Shown piece after piece: positions 14,001 through 26,000 of a DNA stretch of 64,000 bases. Every line of letters starts with the position of its first letter. The stretch's first letter is position 1. Source of the DNA: Rhynchobatus australiae (Eukaryota). Made by a program: the position numbers and the translations under genes. The stretch spans positions 85,955,153-86,019,152 of the forward strand of contig JAUZTB010000087.1 in assembly GCA_034780895.1 (NCBI GenBank), read 5' to 3'. The notes under the pieces were generated by a model, which saw only the letters and a list, made by a program, of their open reading frames with translations, made no database searches and had not been told where the DNA came from.

Positions 14001-17000
14001 ACTCTTGCCTGTGTTGAACTTAGCTCAGTCTGTGGAATATATTGGAAAAATTTGGTTCCTATTTTTATTTGTCCTAAAATTGGAAAGTTCAAACTAAGTA
14101 AATTGTACAGGGAAATGTTCTTGGACTAATCAGAAACTTAATTAGAAGCCTCTATCTAAATAAGATGTTAGAATCACAACATTTGTCATCTTTTTGCTTG
14201 TAAATTTTTCAGATTTTCTCCAAAAACTAAATAGACAATGACTACCTTTGCCATGAAACGTCTAAGACTGAAGTTCTCCTTTTCACTGGGAATACAGAAT
14301 TACGGAAATGCATTTGTTTGTAATTTTAAAATACAGATATTCTTCCTCTTTACAAATTTTCAGCTGTTTGAGGGTTTAAGTCCTCTATTTACCAAGTTTC
14401 TTTCACTATAACAAAAAAACATGCCATTCTCTGCCGAGGTGCACTTTGTACTTCACTGCATGTCATTTTGTCTTTGAAATCATTGTGGTCACAGTGCTCC
14501 ACTTAGTGGGATTCATCTAGTGCGTCCTTCAAGATGACTTCAAACTGCCCCAGAATTTCTAAGCATTACTAGTCTAAGAAATCATGGCATGCTGTTGTCA
14601 TTAATATTCGGCTAGATTGACTTAATAGAAATGAAAATATGAGCACTTGGTGATCATCAGGCTTTTGATAAATCCTGCAAATTCAGTGCTTACAATCCTC
14701 AAAAACGCAGGCAGAATTACTGCCCAGAATGTTGCTCCGGAAGTGCATTACCTAGTCAAAGATGATTTAATTGGGAAGATTTTTTTTAAAAATGGGTTAA
14801 GTGGGTGGTTTGAAGATCCGTAATATGTACCCCTGAGTTTGATTATTTTCCAGTAAAAAGTGAGGTCATGATGACTAGAAAAAATGAGGTGGTTGATGGA
14901 ACTTTTGAAAGTGGAGGTACCATGGTGGCAGAACATTTTCCCAAGGTACTGGAACAAATCATCAAGTAAGGTGCCTGCTCCCCAACAACTTTTTTTTACG
15001 TGGGTGGAATGGGACTATTTTTTTGGAGGAGGATGCCTTCTCACAGGTTCATTTTGATGAATGAGTAAAGTGCTCCAGGCTTCATTAGACTGAGTACATT
15101 ACTCTTCTCTTTGGAGGCAATGTCAAGGGTGTCTGAAGCAATAAGGTTTTATAGGGATACTCAAAAGACAATCTTATGGTGTTATGGTGATCTGACGAAA
15201 AGACCTGGATGATGGTACTGCTCCTCCAAGGTTACATCATGTCATTGCCCTCTCCCTTCATCAAACAATATTCTGCAATCAATAACCTTGACAACAGAGC
15301 TGCCTTCATTGTCAACAGTGTTGCTGGTTAACATCAGGGAAATCACTAACAACATCTAGGTAGCTTTTGTGTCTCCTAATATCCCTCCATTATTACAATC
15401 CATGGACTAGGATGCTGTTGCTACATTTGAGGCTTAATACCCATAGCACATAATGAGACATGTCACTTCAGAGTAGAGTGGCAATGACAAATCGGCCACA
15501 GGTTATTTGGAAGACATACAAAATCAAGATGGCCATTATTGCCTCTTAATGGCATAAGACATGCAACAATGAATGATCTATTATGGAAATCATGGCCAGA
15601 ATGTGTACACAATTCTTTGAGATTTATGAATCAAGAAAATCTTCAAGACGATGACATCCATTTGACAAGAGGGTACATTTGATGTAGGGGAAAAGTCAGT
15701 GGAATTTCATGTTGAAGTTCTGATTTTAGGTTCTGTTAGAATTCAAGCAACAGATCACAAAGGAACATATGAAGCTAAAAACTGCACCACCAAAACAATC
15801 CACTTCTTTCAGAGGCATTGAGAAATCAACTGCCATCTTCAAAAGCAACAATCCTAATACGTGCCTGCATAATAGAAAGGCTATGTTTTGCAGTGTGGAG
15901 CTTCCTCAGATGAATATGAGGAGAGCTGTCTAGATTTCCATCAACTTTTTTTAAGATTGCTCCCAACTGGCTGACGAACAATCAGAGGAAGGACCCTTGC
16001 CANNNNNNNNNNNNNNNNNNNNNNNNNNNNNNNNNNNNNNNNNNNNNNNNNNNNNNNNNNNNNNNNNNNNNNNNNNNNNNNNNNNNNNNNNNNNNNNNNN
16101 NNNNNNNNNNNNNNNNNNNNNNNNNNNNNNNNNNNNNNNNNNNNNNNNNNNNNNNNNNNNNNNNNNNNNNNNNNNNNNNNNNNNNNNNNNNNNNNNNNNN
16201 NNNNNNNNNNNNNNNNNNNNNNNNNNNNNNNNNNNNNNNNNNNNNNNNNNNNNNNNNNNNNNNNNNNNNNNNNNNNNNNNNNNNNNNNNNNNNNNNNNNN
16301 NNNNNNNNNNNNNNNNNNNNNNNNNNNNNNNNNNNNNNNNNNNNNNNNNNNNNNNNNNNNNNNNNNNNNNNNNNNNNNNNNNNNNNNNNNNNNNNNNNNN
16401 NNNNNNNNNNNNNNNNNNNNNNNNNNNNNNNNNNNNNNNNNNNNNNNNNNNNNNNNNNNNNNNNNNNNNNNNNNNNNNNNNNNNNNNNNNNNNNNNNNNN
16501 NNNNNNNNNNNNNNNNNNNNNNNNNNNNNNNNNNNNNNNNNNNNNNNNNNNNNNNNNNNNNNNNNNNNNNNNNNNNNNNNNNNNNNNNNNNNNNNNNNNN
16601 NNNNNNNNNNNNNNNNNNNNNNNNNNNNNNNNNNNNNNNNNNNNNNNNNNNNNNNNNNNNNNNNNNNNNNNNNNNNNNNNNNNNNNNNNNNNNNNNNNNN
16701 NNNNNNNNNNNNNNNNNNNNNNNNNNNNNNNNNNNNNNNNNNNNNNNNNNNNNNNNNNNNNNNNNNNNNNNNNNNNNNNNNNNNNNNNNNNNNNNNNNNN
16801 NNNNNNNNNNNNNNNNNNNNNNNNNNNNNNTATGACCTGATGAAATTTGGCAATGTTAAATAAATATATTCTGATTTGACTTAATTTTGCTTCCTAATCA
16901 CAAAACCAAATGGAATTCTCAGTGAGCCTTACTTGCTGGAATAGAGAATTAGAGATCACTGTATCATTCCTGGTCCTTGAAAGAATTTTGTCCCATATGT

Positions 17001-20000
17001 GTGCAGAGAGTAGACTTTTTCTCTATTGTTGAAATTCTGCTTTAGTTAAGTGTGAATGAAACTTCTGAGATGTATAAGCTACTTTGAATATATTTTGAAT
17101 TTTAAAAATTTTATTATAAAGATGGTTTATTTTGAGCTTCAGCTTCAATAACAATGGAAAAGCTGTGATTTGATTTGAAAACTTGTTTTTGACCAATAAC
17201 ACACAATTCGCAGTATTTTAATGTCAGCCATGCATCTTGTTTCAAGATTATGGCTTTCAAAATGCAGATAATGTGTCTCAATTACTTGCAAAGCACACTT
17301 CTAATTAATATTCAGTGATGTAGTTGAGTAATTTTGGAGATTGGGATGATGAGTGGTATTGAATTACAAAATAGAAAAAAACTGCAAGCAACCATGAGCA
17401 ACATTTAAAAGTGTAGATGTTATTGTGTTAACCAATGTAATTACAATTTATTATACATAATTAAATAAAAAGTTTGAGTTTCTTAAAATAACCTTTTGCC
17501 AAACTGATAAATGAAAAATCTCCTAAAACGGAACCAGACACATGCACTGAATAATTCAAGCCAAGTACACTTAATTATTTGAATTCTGATCTATTATTTT
17601 TAATTCTTTGCAGACCTTTTGGCCAGTGTTACGAATTTCTTACCTTGCATACAGTGAAGAAGTACTTCCTTCCAATAATAGAAATGGTTCCACAATTTCT
17701 AGAAAATCTAACAGATGAGGAACTGAAGAAAGAAGCAAAGAACGAAGCCAAAAATGATGCTCTATCTATGATAATTAAATCGCTGAAAAATTTAGCTTCA
17801 CGGGTTCCTGGGCAGGAGGAGACTGTCAAAAGTTTAGAAATATTTAGGTTAAAAATGATACTAAGGTAATTAAAATCTTTAAAAAATTATTCAGTTGAAA
17901 TTACCATAAAGTAGCTTTGTCATAACTTAGCTTTGTTATTTACAGATTGTTACAAATTTCATCTTTCAATGGGAAGATGAATGCACTAAATGAAGTTAAC
18001 AAGGTGATTTCTAGTGTGTCTTATTATACTCATCGCCATGGCAGTCCTGAAGAAGAAGAATGGTTAACAGCGGAGAGAATGGCAGTAAGTGGTAAAACTA
18101 TTTCTGTATCCTGGCAATAAATATTGAAATTACTTTACCTCAGAAGGATTTGATATATAGCTGTTGCTCGATTTTTCAATGTTTTCTTGGATTATTTTGT
18201 GGATGCTTGAGGATGTGTGGGTCCATTTGGTTTAAGTGTTCAAGTTTGGATACATATTAAATTTTTTCTAAAATTCTCTGCTTCACATAACTGAAGTATG
18301 TGACATAACTATATTGCATAAGGCTGATGGTGAGTATTTGGATTTGCAAGCTAAAGAAGCAAAACAATATTTTAGCAAGCAACTTTTTATTCACAATTCA
18401 ATGCCAAGGTCTTTAACAAAAGAGTTTACTAATAATTGTTACTGTTTTTCACACTCAGTGGTAGGGGAGTTACTGGGGAAAAAAACATCAGAGATGGAAT
18501 CAATCTGAACTTGAAAAAGCAGGGATGACTCAAAATAGCACAATTGTGTTAGAGGGAGATCCTGTATGACCAATTAGACTTTCTTTTTGAAGAGGTGATA
18601 AAATATATTCATGAGGACAGTGTGGTTGATGTAGTCTACATGGGCTTCAGTCAGGTTTTTGACAAGGAATCTGGTCCTAAAGTTTAGAACCCATGAGATC
18701 CAGGGCATGTTGGCAAATTAGATGCAAAATTCACTAGGTAATAGGACTTGGTAATCGTGGAGGGTTCCTTTTATGATTGGATCATTGCTATTTGTTGTAT
18801 GCATTAATGGTTTGGATATAAGTTTAGGAGGTTAGCTTGCAGATGACAAAAACAATGGTTGTGAGGAGGATAATGGTAGGCTACAGAATGATACTGATCA
18901 GTTGTTAGATGGGCAGAGTAATGACAGATGGAATTTTATTATGCTGAGTGAAAGGTGATGCGCTTTGCAAGAACTAATAAGGGTAAGAGTCATGGATGGT
19001 AGAGCCTTATGAAATATCGAGGAACAGAGGAACCTTGGTGTACAAGTCCAAGGTTCCCCGAAAGTGGCAGCATGGGTAAATCCAGTGGTCAAGAACGTGA
19101 ATGAGATACTTGCCTTCATTGGCCGGTGGATACAAGAGCAGGGAGTTCATGGTACAATTTTATAAAATATTGCTTAGGCCACAGTGGAGTACTGTACTAT
19201 ACAGGTCCTCCCCAGTTACAGCAGGGTTCCATTCCCATGAACTGTTTGTAACCTGAACAGTCCCACATTGTGCAAGATGCTTGCAGCATCACGGCAGCTA
19301 GCAAATTCGTACTGTTGGTCTCTTAACACCCGTTCGTATGCATGGGCTGCACATGGGTTTGGCATTCATAAGTTGGAGTGGACTTGTATGCATTTCTGGT
19401 TGCTACACCATAGGAAAGATTTCATTGCACGAGAGTTTACAGAGGGGATTCTCTAGGATGTTGCCTGGGATGGAGCATTTCATTCATGAACAGAGACTGG
19501 ATAGACTAAGTTTGTTTTCCTTGGAGCAGAGGAGGCTGGGGGGCTGATTACGGTATACAAAATTGAGTATGGAGAAGTAGGTAGTAGGAAGCATTTTCCC
19601 ATAGTAGACATATCTAAAAGCTTGATTTCTGGTAACGCTTAAGAGGTATCGAGAGTTTGAGTCTTTTTATGCCCAGCAAGTGAAATACACTGGAAATGTG
19701 CCTGGATTACACTGCCTGAGTGGGTGGTGGAGGCAGTACTCTCAGAACGTTTAAATATTTAGATGAGCTCTTGAATCTCCAAGGTATAGGCTATGGATCA
19801 AATGCTGCTAATTGGGTTTAGTATAGATATGTCCATGCCAACCATCAAGCATCTGGTAGACCAAAGGGGCTTTTTATGTGTTGTATGACTCTGACTCTAT
19901 TACTTTTGGTATTCAATTCTGTCCTTTGGTCTATGAGCATCTCAGCGCTCATTTTTCACTTAACATCATCTGCTGTTTAATCATTCTCTAATGGAGACAC

Positions 20001-23000
20001 TAAACCACAGAGGCAGAGCAGTGAGAGAGAGTCTCGCAGAAACATGGTGTCCCTTCTGCTGTGGTTGATGCAGCCCACTCCCACATCTGTTTCTAGTACT
20101 TCTCTCACCCTTCAGACAGAAAAGAGAGGGAGTTCCCCTTGTCCTCGCCTTTCACCCGATGAGCCAGCACATCCAGCATATCATCGTTGTCATTTCCATC
20201 AGCTGCAATGAAATCCCACCACCAGGCACATCTTCTTGTGCCTACCCCCTTCTGCCTTCCACAGGGACCACTCTCCTGTGACCCTCAGTCTGCTCATCCC
20301 TCCCTAACCCCTGGCACTTACTCCTCCCCTCGCAAGAGGGGTTAAACTTGTCCTTTAGCTATTTTTTAGAAATTTATTTTAGTCACATGTACATCGAGAA
20401 ACACAGTGAAATGCATCTTTTGCATAGAGTGTTCTGGAGACAGCCCGCAAGTGTCGCCATGCTTCCAATGCCAAAATAGCATGCCCACAACTTCCTAACC
20501 TGTACATCTTTGGAATGTGGGAGGAAACCAGAGCACCCACAGGAAACCCACACAGACACGGGGAGAATGTACAAACTCCTTACAGCAGCCAGAATTGAAC
20601 CCGGGTCTCTGGCGCTGTAATAATGTTATGCTAACTGCTACACTACTATGCCTGCCTTGCACCTCCTCCCTCACTACTATAAAATGACCTGAACAGCCCT
20701 TCCAGATGAGGCAAAGGTTCACATGCATCTTCTTCAACCCTGCCTACTGCATTTGGGCCTCCTCTAGACCAATGAAACTAAGCACAGATTGGGCAAGCAT
20801 TTTGCAGAGCATCTACACTCAGTCTGCAATGGTCATCCCAAGCTCCCAGTTGCATGTCATTTGAATTAGCCTTTCCATTCCCACACTAACCTGTCCATCC
20901 TCTGCCTTCTCTAGTGCCAGGATGAGGCCCAATACAAAATGGAGCAGCAGCTCTTATTTCACCTGAGTANNNNNNNNNNNNNNNNNNNNNNNNNNNNNNN
21001 NNNNNNNNNNNNNNNNNNNNNNNNNNNNNNNNNNNNNNNNNNNNNNNNNNNNNNNNNNNNNNNNNNNNNNNNNNNNNNNNNNNNNNNNNNNNNNNNNNNN
21101 NNNNNNNNNNNNNNNNNNNNNNNNNNNNNNNNNNNNNNNNNNNNNNNNNNNNNNNNNNNNNNNNNNNNNNNNNNNNNNNNNNNNNNNNNNNNNNNNNNNN
21201 NNNNNNNNNNNNNCCTCCTCTGTCTCCCCACCCCCCCCCGAAAAAAATCTGGTTCTGGTTTCAATTGCCATAGACCTCTCCCTTAATGGTTCCAATTCTT
21301 GCCTTCTTTCCTTATCACAGTCCAGCACAGGTAGTCCTTTGTGTTGCTGTTGACTTCCTTCCAGCCGTTGTCACCAATCTTTACACTTTTTGTCCCACCT
21401 TGCTCCATCTGCCTCTGCATTTTTTTTATTTGCCTGCCTCCATCTATCATTAACCAGCCACTGTCTCCCAACCCCCTGTTCCCCTCCCCTACCTGGCACA
21501 ACCTGTCTGTCATCTTACCTCTCAGTCCACCAATCAGCTTGGATTCCTTTCTCACCATTCACCTTTTTATACTGGCCATCTCACCTCTTCACTCTTCAGT
21601 CCTGATGCAGGGTTTTGACCCAAAACGTGGATAATTCCTTTCCTCCCACAGATGCTGTTCAAACCACTGATTTCATCCAGCAGGTTGTTTGATTGTCTAA
21701 TGTAATTTTGTTTCAGCTTTGTTGTGAAAGATATGTGAATTAATGCAAGTTCTTTCTCTGTTGCAGTTTTCAATTCTGAGTGTTAGAAAACTGAAATTTT
21801 GAAAATGAGCAGTTAGTGGTTATTGGGAAGGCAACTTTGTTTCACATTGTACATTCTACAATGTAGGATTTTTCTGTGAATTACAAGAACATATTTTCTG
21901 TTAATGTGTTTTTAATCTGACTTGATTTGAGTTTCTTTATTTCTAGGAGTGGATTCAGCAAAACAACATCCTGTCAATTGTGTTGCGTGACAGTCTACAT
22001 CAACCACAATATGTCGAAAAACTGGAGAAAATACTTCGCTTTGTCATAAAAGAGAAAGCTCTCACCCTGCAAGATCTTGACAATATTTGGGCAGCACAGG
22101 TGAGGAGATGAGAAACAGTAAAATTCAATCATTATCTTGTGCCAAACTGGTTAAGTTTGGATAGAAATACATGAATTTATTAAAAGATCTTAAATATTCA
22201 TCTTTTCCAGATTGAAATTGTGCAATACAAAGCTAATTTTCAGAGCTGTAAACTCTTGAACAAGAGAATTGTGTTACTGAAGTATTACTAAGTTTAAATT
22301 TGTTTCTTTTTTGTACACATTAGCTATGCCCACATTATGAAAGTTGTTGTATAAAATAAGTTACTAAAGTTCAGTGTGCCAATTTCTAACTTTTGATCAG
22401 TTTTACATCAGATATGCACGGTTTTTTTGCTAGGAATTCAGATGGCCATATTGCTTTAGTTGTCAATGCAGCTAGAATTGACAGTTTTGCTCATTCATTG
22501 AAACTCTTGCACATTTCAGACATTTGTGGATGTGTTTGGGGACCTGAATGTATTTCAGAGTATGTGTTGCAACACAGCAGATAAAGAATTTGTCTGCATG
22601 CCCAGATGGACAGATTTCAAAAACTGGTAAAGCAGAAATTCATATCTTTGGCTCAGACGGATTTGATATGAAATTGGCTCGCATCTCAGTGGCTTTTCTT
22701 CAAAATTCATTGCCTTGCTTGAAAGAATGCAATATCTCCAGACAGGATGAGATGAGCTGAGGTGGTGGAGGCCATTTCTATTCTCTATTCCACTCTGACC
22801 TCCACCACTCTGGAGGTCAGTGGAATAGAGAATAGAAGTGGCAAGCAAAAGGGAGCTCTGTCATCTCTGTGGACTGAATGCAGTTGCTTTGTAAATTGGC
22901 CACCAATCTGTGTGGATTCTCCAGTGTAGAAGAAATCATGTTTGTGAATACCAAATGCAGTATATTAGATTAAAAGAAGTGCATGTGAATCACTTATTCA

Positions 23001-26000
23001 CCTTGGAAGGACTGTTTGGGTACTGGGTGACAGGAAAGGATGAGGGTGAGTGCAATGAAAAGGGCAATGGTTGGTGGGTATGAAAGATCAGACCAAGGAG
23101 TGACAAAAGAAATAGTCTCATCAAAATGCTGAGAAGGGAAGATGTTTCATGGTCAAATCTCTTGAAGTTGGTGGAAATTGCAAAGATTGAACTGATGAAT
23201 GCTGAGGATGAAGGCCGTGGGAGCTCTGTGTTTCCTCCAGGAGGAGGAGAAGTGAGAACAAAACTGTGGGAAATGTATGGAATATGATCGAGGCGTCTGC
23301 AAAACCATAGTTCAGAAAGATATCTCAGAGGCACCTCTGTAAAGGGGTGGAGCAAGCACAACAGAGACAGAGGAACTGGGAGAATGGAATAATGAACCTA
23401 GAGAAGGCAGAATGGGAGAAAGTACATTCAAGAAAGCTTATGGGAGTCTGTAGGCTTGTAATGGATGTTTAGTATTTGCCGATCCACTGATATGAAGACA
23501 GAGATCCAGGAAAGGAATGTAAGAGTCAGAGATGGACCAGATGAAACTAAGAGTAGAGTGGAAATTGGCAGCAAAGGTAATAAAATTTGAGTTTTGCATG
23601 ATGCAGGAAGCAGCACCAATACAGACATTGATATATTGGATAAAGAGGGAGCCCCAATAGGACTAAAACAAAAACTGTTACACGTATCCAACGAAAAGGC
23701 AGGCATAGCTCGGGCCCATGTGAGTTTCAGTTATGACAGCTTTGATCTGGAGGAAGTGAGAGTTGAAGAGTTTGTTCAATATGAGAATGAGTTCATTGAA
23801 GCCTATTAAGTGTACTGGTGGAAGGGAACTGTTTGAGGCTGTATTCAAGGAAGAAGTGGAGGGTCCTTTAACCAATGTGGTGTGAAATGGATGTGTAGAG
23901 GGATTATCGATCTTTGGTAAAGATGAGTTGTTTGATTGGACATGTCCTACTATGTTGCATTTTGCAGCTTTTGTGTTCCTTTGTAGTGTTCTCACTTTCT
24001 AACTACTGTTATTTCATGGCTTTCATTCAGTTGCTCTTTCTCTCACTGCCCCCATTCAACGCTTATCTGGATAACCTTTACTGCTTAGCCCATTGGCGAA
24101 CCTGGCCTCATCATATCCAAGAGGGCAAAGAGGGATGGGAAGATGTCTTTCCCATCCCTATGCGCCCTCTGCAACTTAAAACTAATTTGTTTTCTTATTT
24201 TTCCTCAGTTCTGTTGAAGGGTCTTCAATCCAAAATGTTAACTCTATTCCTCTTTCCACAGGTGCTTCCTGATTTGAGTGTTTATAATACTTTCTGTTTT
24301 TATTTCAGATTTTGAGCATCTGCAGTTTAAGTTTTTGTTTATGTTGATCTTTTGTTTTTGTTTTAATCCCTGCCATTTTAAATAAAAACATCATTCAGTT
24401 GNNNNNNNNNNTTTTCTGTATTATAAACTGTAAGGGTTCTCAGGTTTTATGGATTTGTTTTGTTTATTTAATTTTAAAACTTTGGGATGACTCTTTTAAC
24501 TCTTTTACCATTTTAAATAAAAACATCATTCAGTTGTCCATCCCCCTTCCCCCGCCCTTAGGTCTGCAATTTAGCATAACAACCCTTTCTCTCAGTTGGT
24601 TGCTTTGGCACAGAGTCTGAAGTTCTATGCCTAAAAATTTCACTTTTTCAATTTCTTAAAACCTCATTCCATAACAAGCTTTGAGTAATCTTTCCTAAAT
24701 ACTCCTTCATTAGTAGTGTTATTCAATCATGTTCCTCGGAAACATTTTTTTGGACATGCTTCTAAATTGAAGGCACTATATAAATGCCAACACCTGTCAT
24801 TTCAAGTATTTTTCAAGTTAGAAATACCATTGGAATTTCATGGCTTTGATATGCTTGTCTGTGTAAGCTTGGATATAAATTTGTCCTGGTCCAATTCCTG
24901 AACCAACAGGGTGACTATTCAAGGCTCTGTTAATCATTGATCTGAAAGTGTGGCTTGACTAATAGAATATGTGAAGATAGATCTTGTATTGATAGTTAAG
25001 TGGCTTCTCAATGGCCTATTGTATATTTCTGCAAAGATTGTGATCTTAGTTAGAACAGTTGCAGGAAATACCACTTGTAATCTTCATGGTTTCACCTGGT
25101 TAATCTCCAGTGTTAACTTGGTTAGAATCTGAGATACCACAGCCTTGGGTTTGTAAACTTGTATATAAATGTTCACATTTCAGTAAGTGATAGATTTTCC
25201 TAAATGAAAGTGCACTTCATTGCAAGTAAAGATGTATTAATGACTTAATGTGAAGGCTTTTGGAGATGTTTCTTCTTGATTAAATATCTGATTGGTGGAA
25301 AAAATGTTTTCTCCAAACCTTTTCAGATTGTTAACAGAGGCTATTTAATATTCAAGTACTAAAACTACAACTAACAAACAATAATGGAAACTGTACAAAA
25401 TTGATTATCCATCTACAACCAGGTTCATTAGGTTTGAAGTCGTCATCATGCTGTGGCATTATTCTCACCAAAAGTTATCATGAGCTGCTTTTAAACAAGA
25501 TAGAAAGAGCATGAACTTTAAGAAAGCTCTTATCTCAGACTCTAAATCTGTTTATAGTATTGGATCTAACAATGAGGTGAGTACAAAGCACACAACAAGC
25601 TTTCTAAGTAAAAGATTTAGCTAATTTTTATCTACATGGTGGTATTAGATTCCTAAATAGAGGGAATTGCACTGTTCATGAAAAGGCAAAGAACCTGTCA
25701 TCTCAAATTCAAATTAAAATATCAGTTTGGTAATTGGTAAGGAACAGAAAAACATTGGCCTTTCATGATCTTATGATGCACCAAGCGTAATTCAGAACTA
25801 AGGGTGTGCTTACTATTTTAATGCAGGAAATTAATTAAGATTTCACAAGCAGCCAAGGGAAGAATCACCAGATAATCTGATTAGGGGACAACTGCTATTC
25901 AGAACTTTGGTACTCCCTACTCTTCTACATTAATCTGAGAGGCCACACGTAATCAAAACTTGCATTGCTTTGCAATTAATATTTAAATAATAACTTAAAT

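Noticed and set aside
9177-16863. Long ORFs in the track (171-300 aa; also many X-rich ORFs elsewhere)
   Set aside because: They consist mostly of translated N gaps and are not genes.
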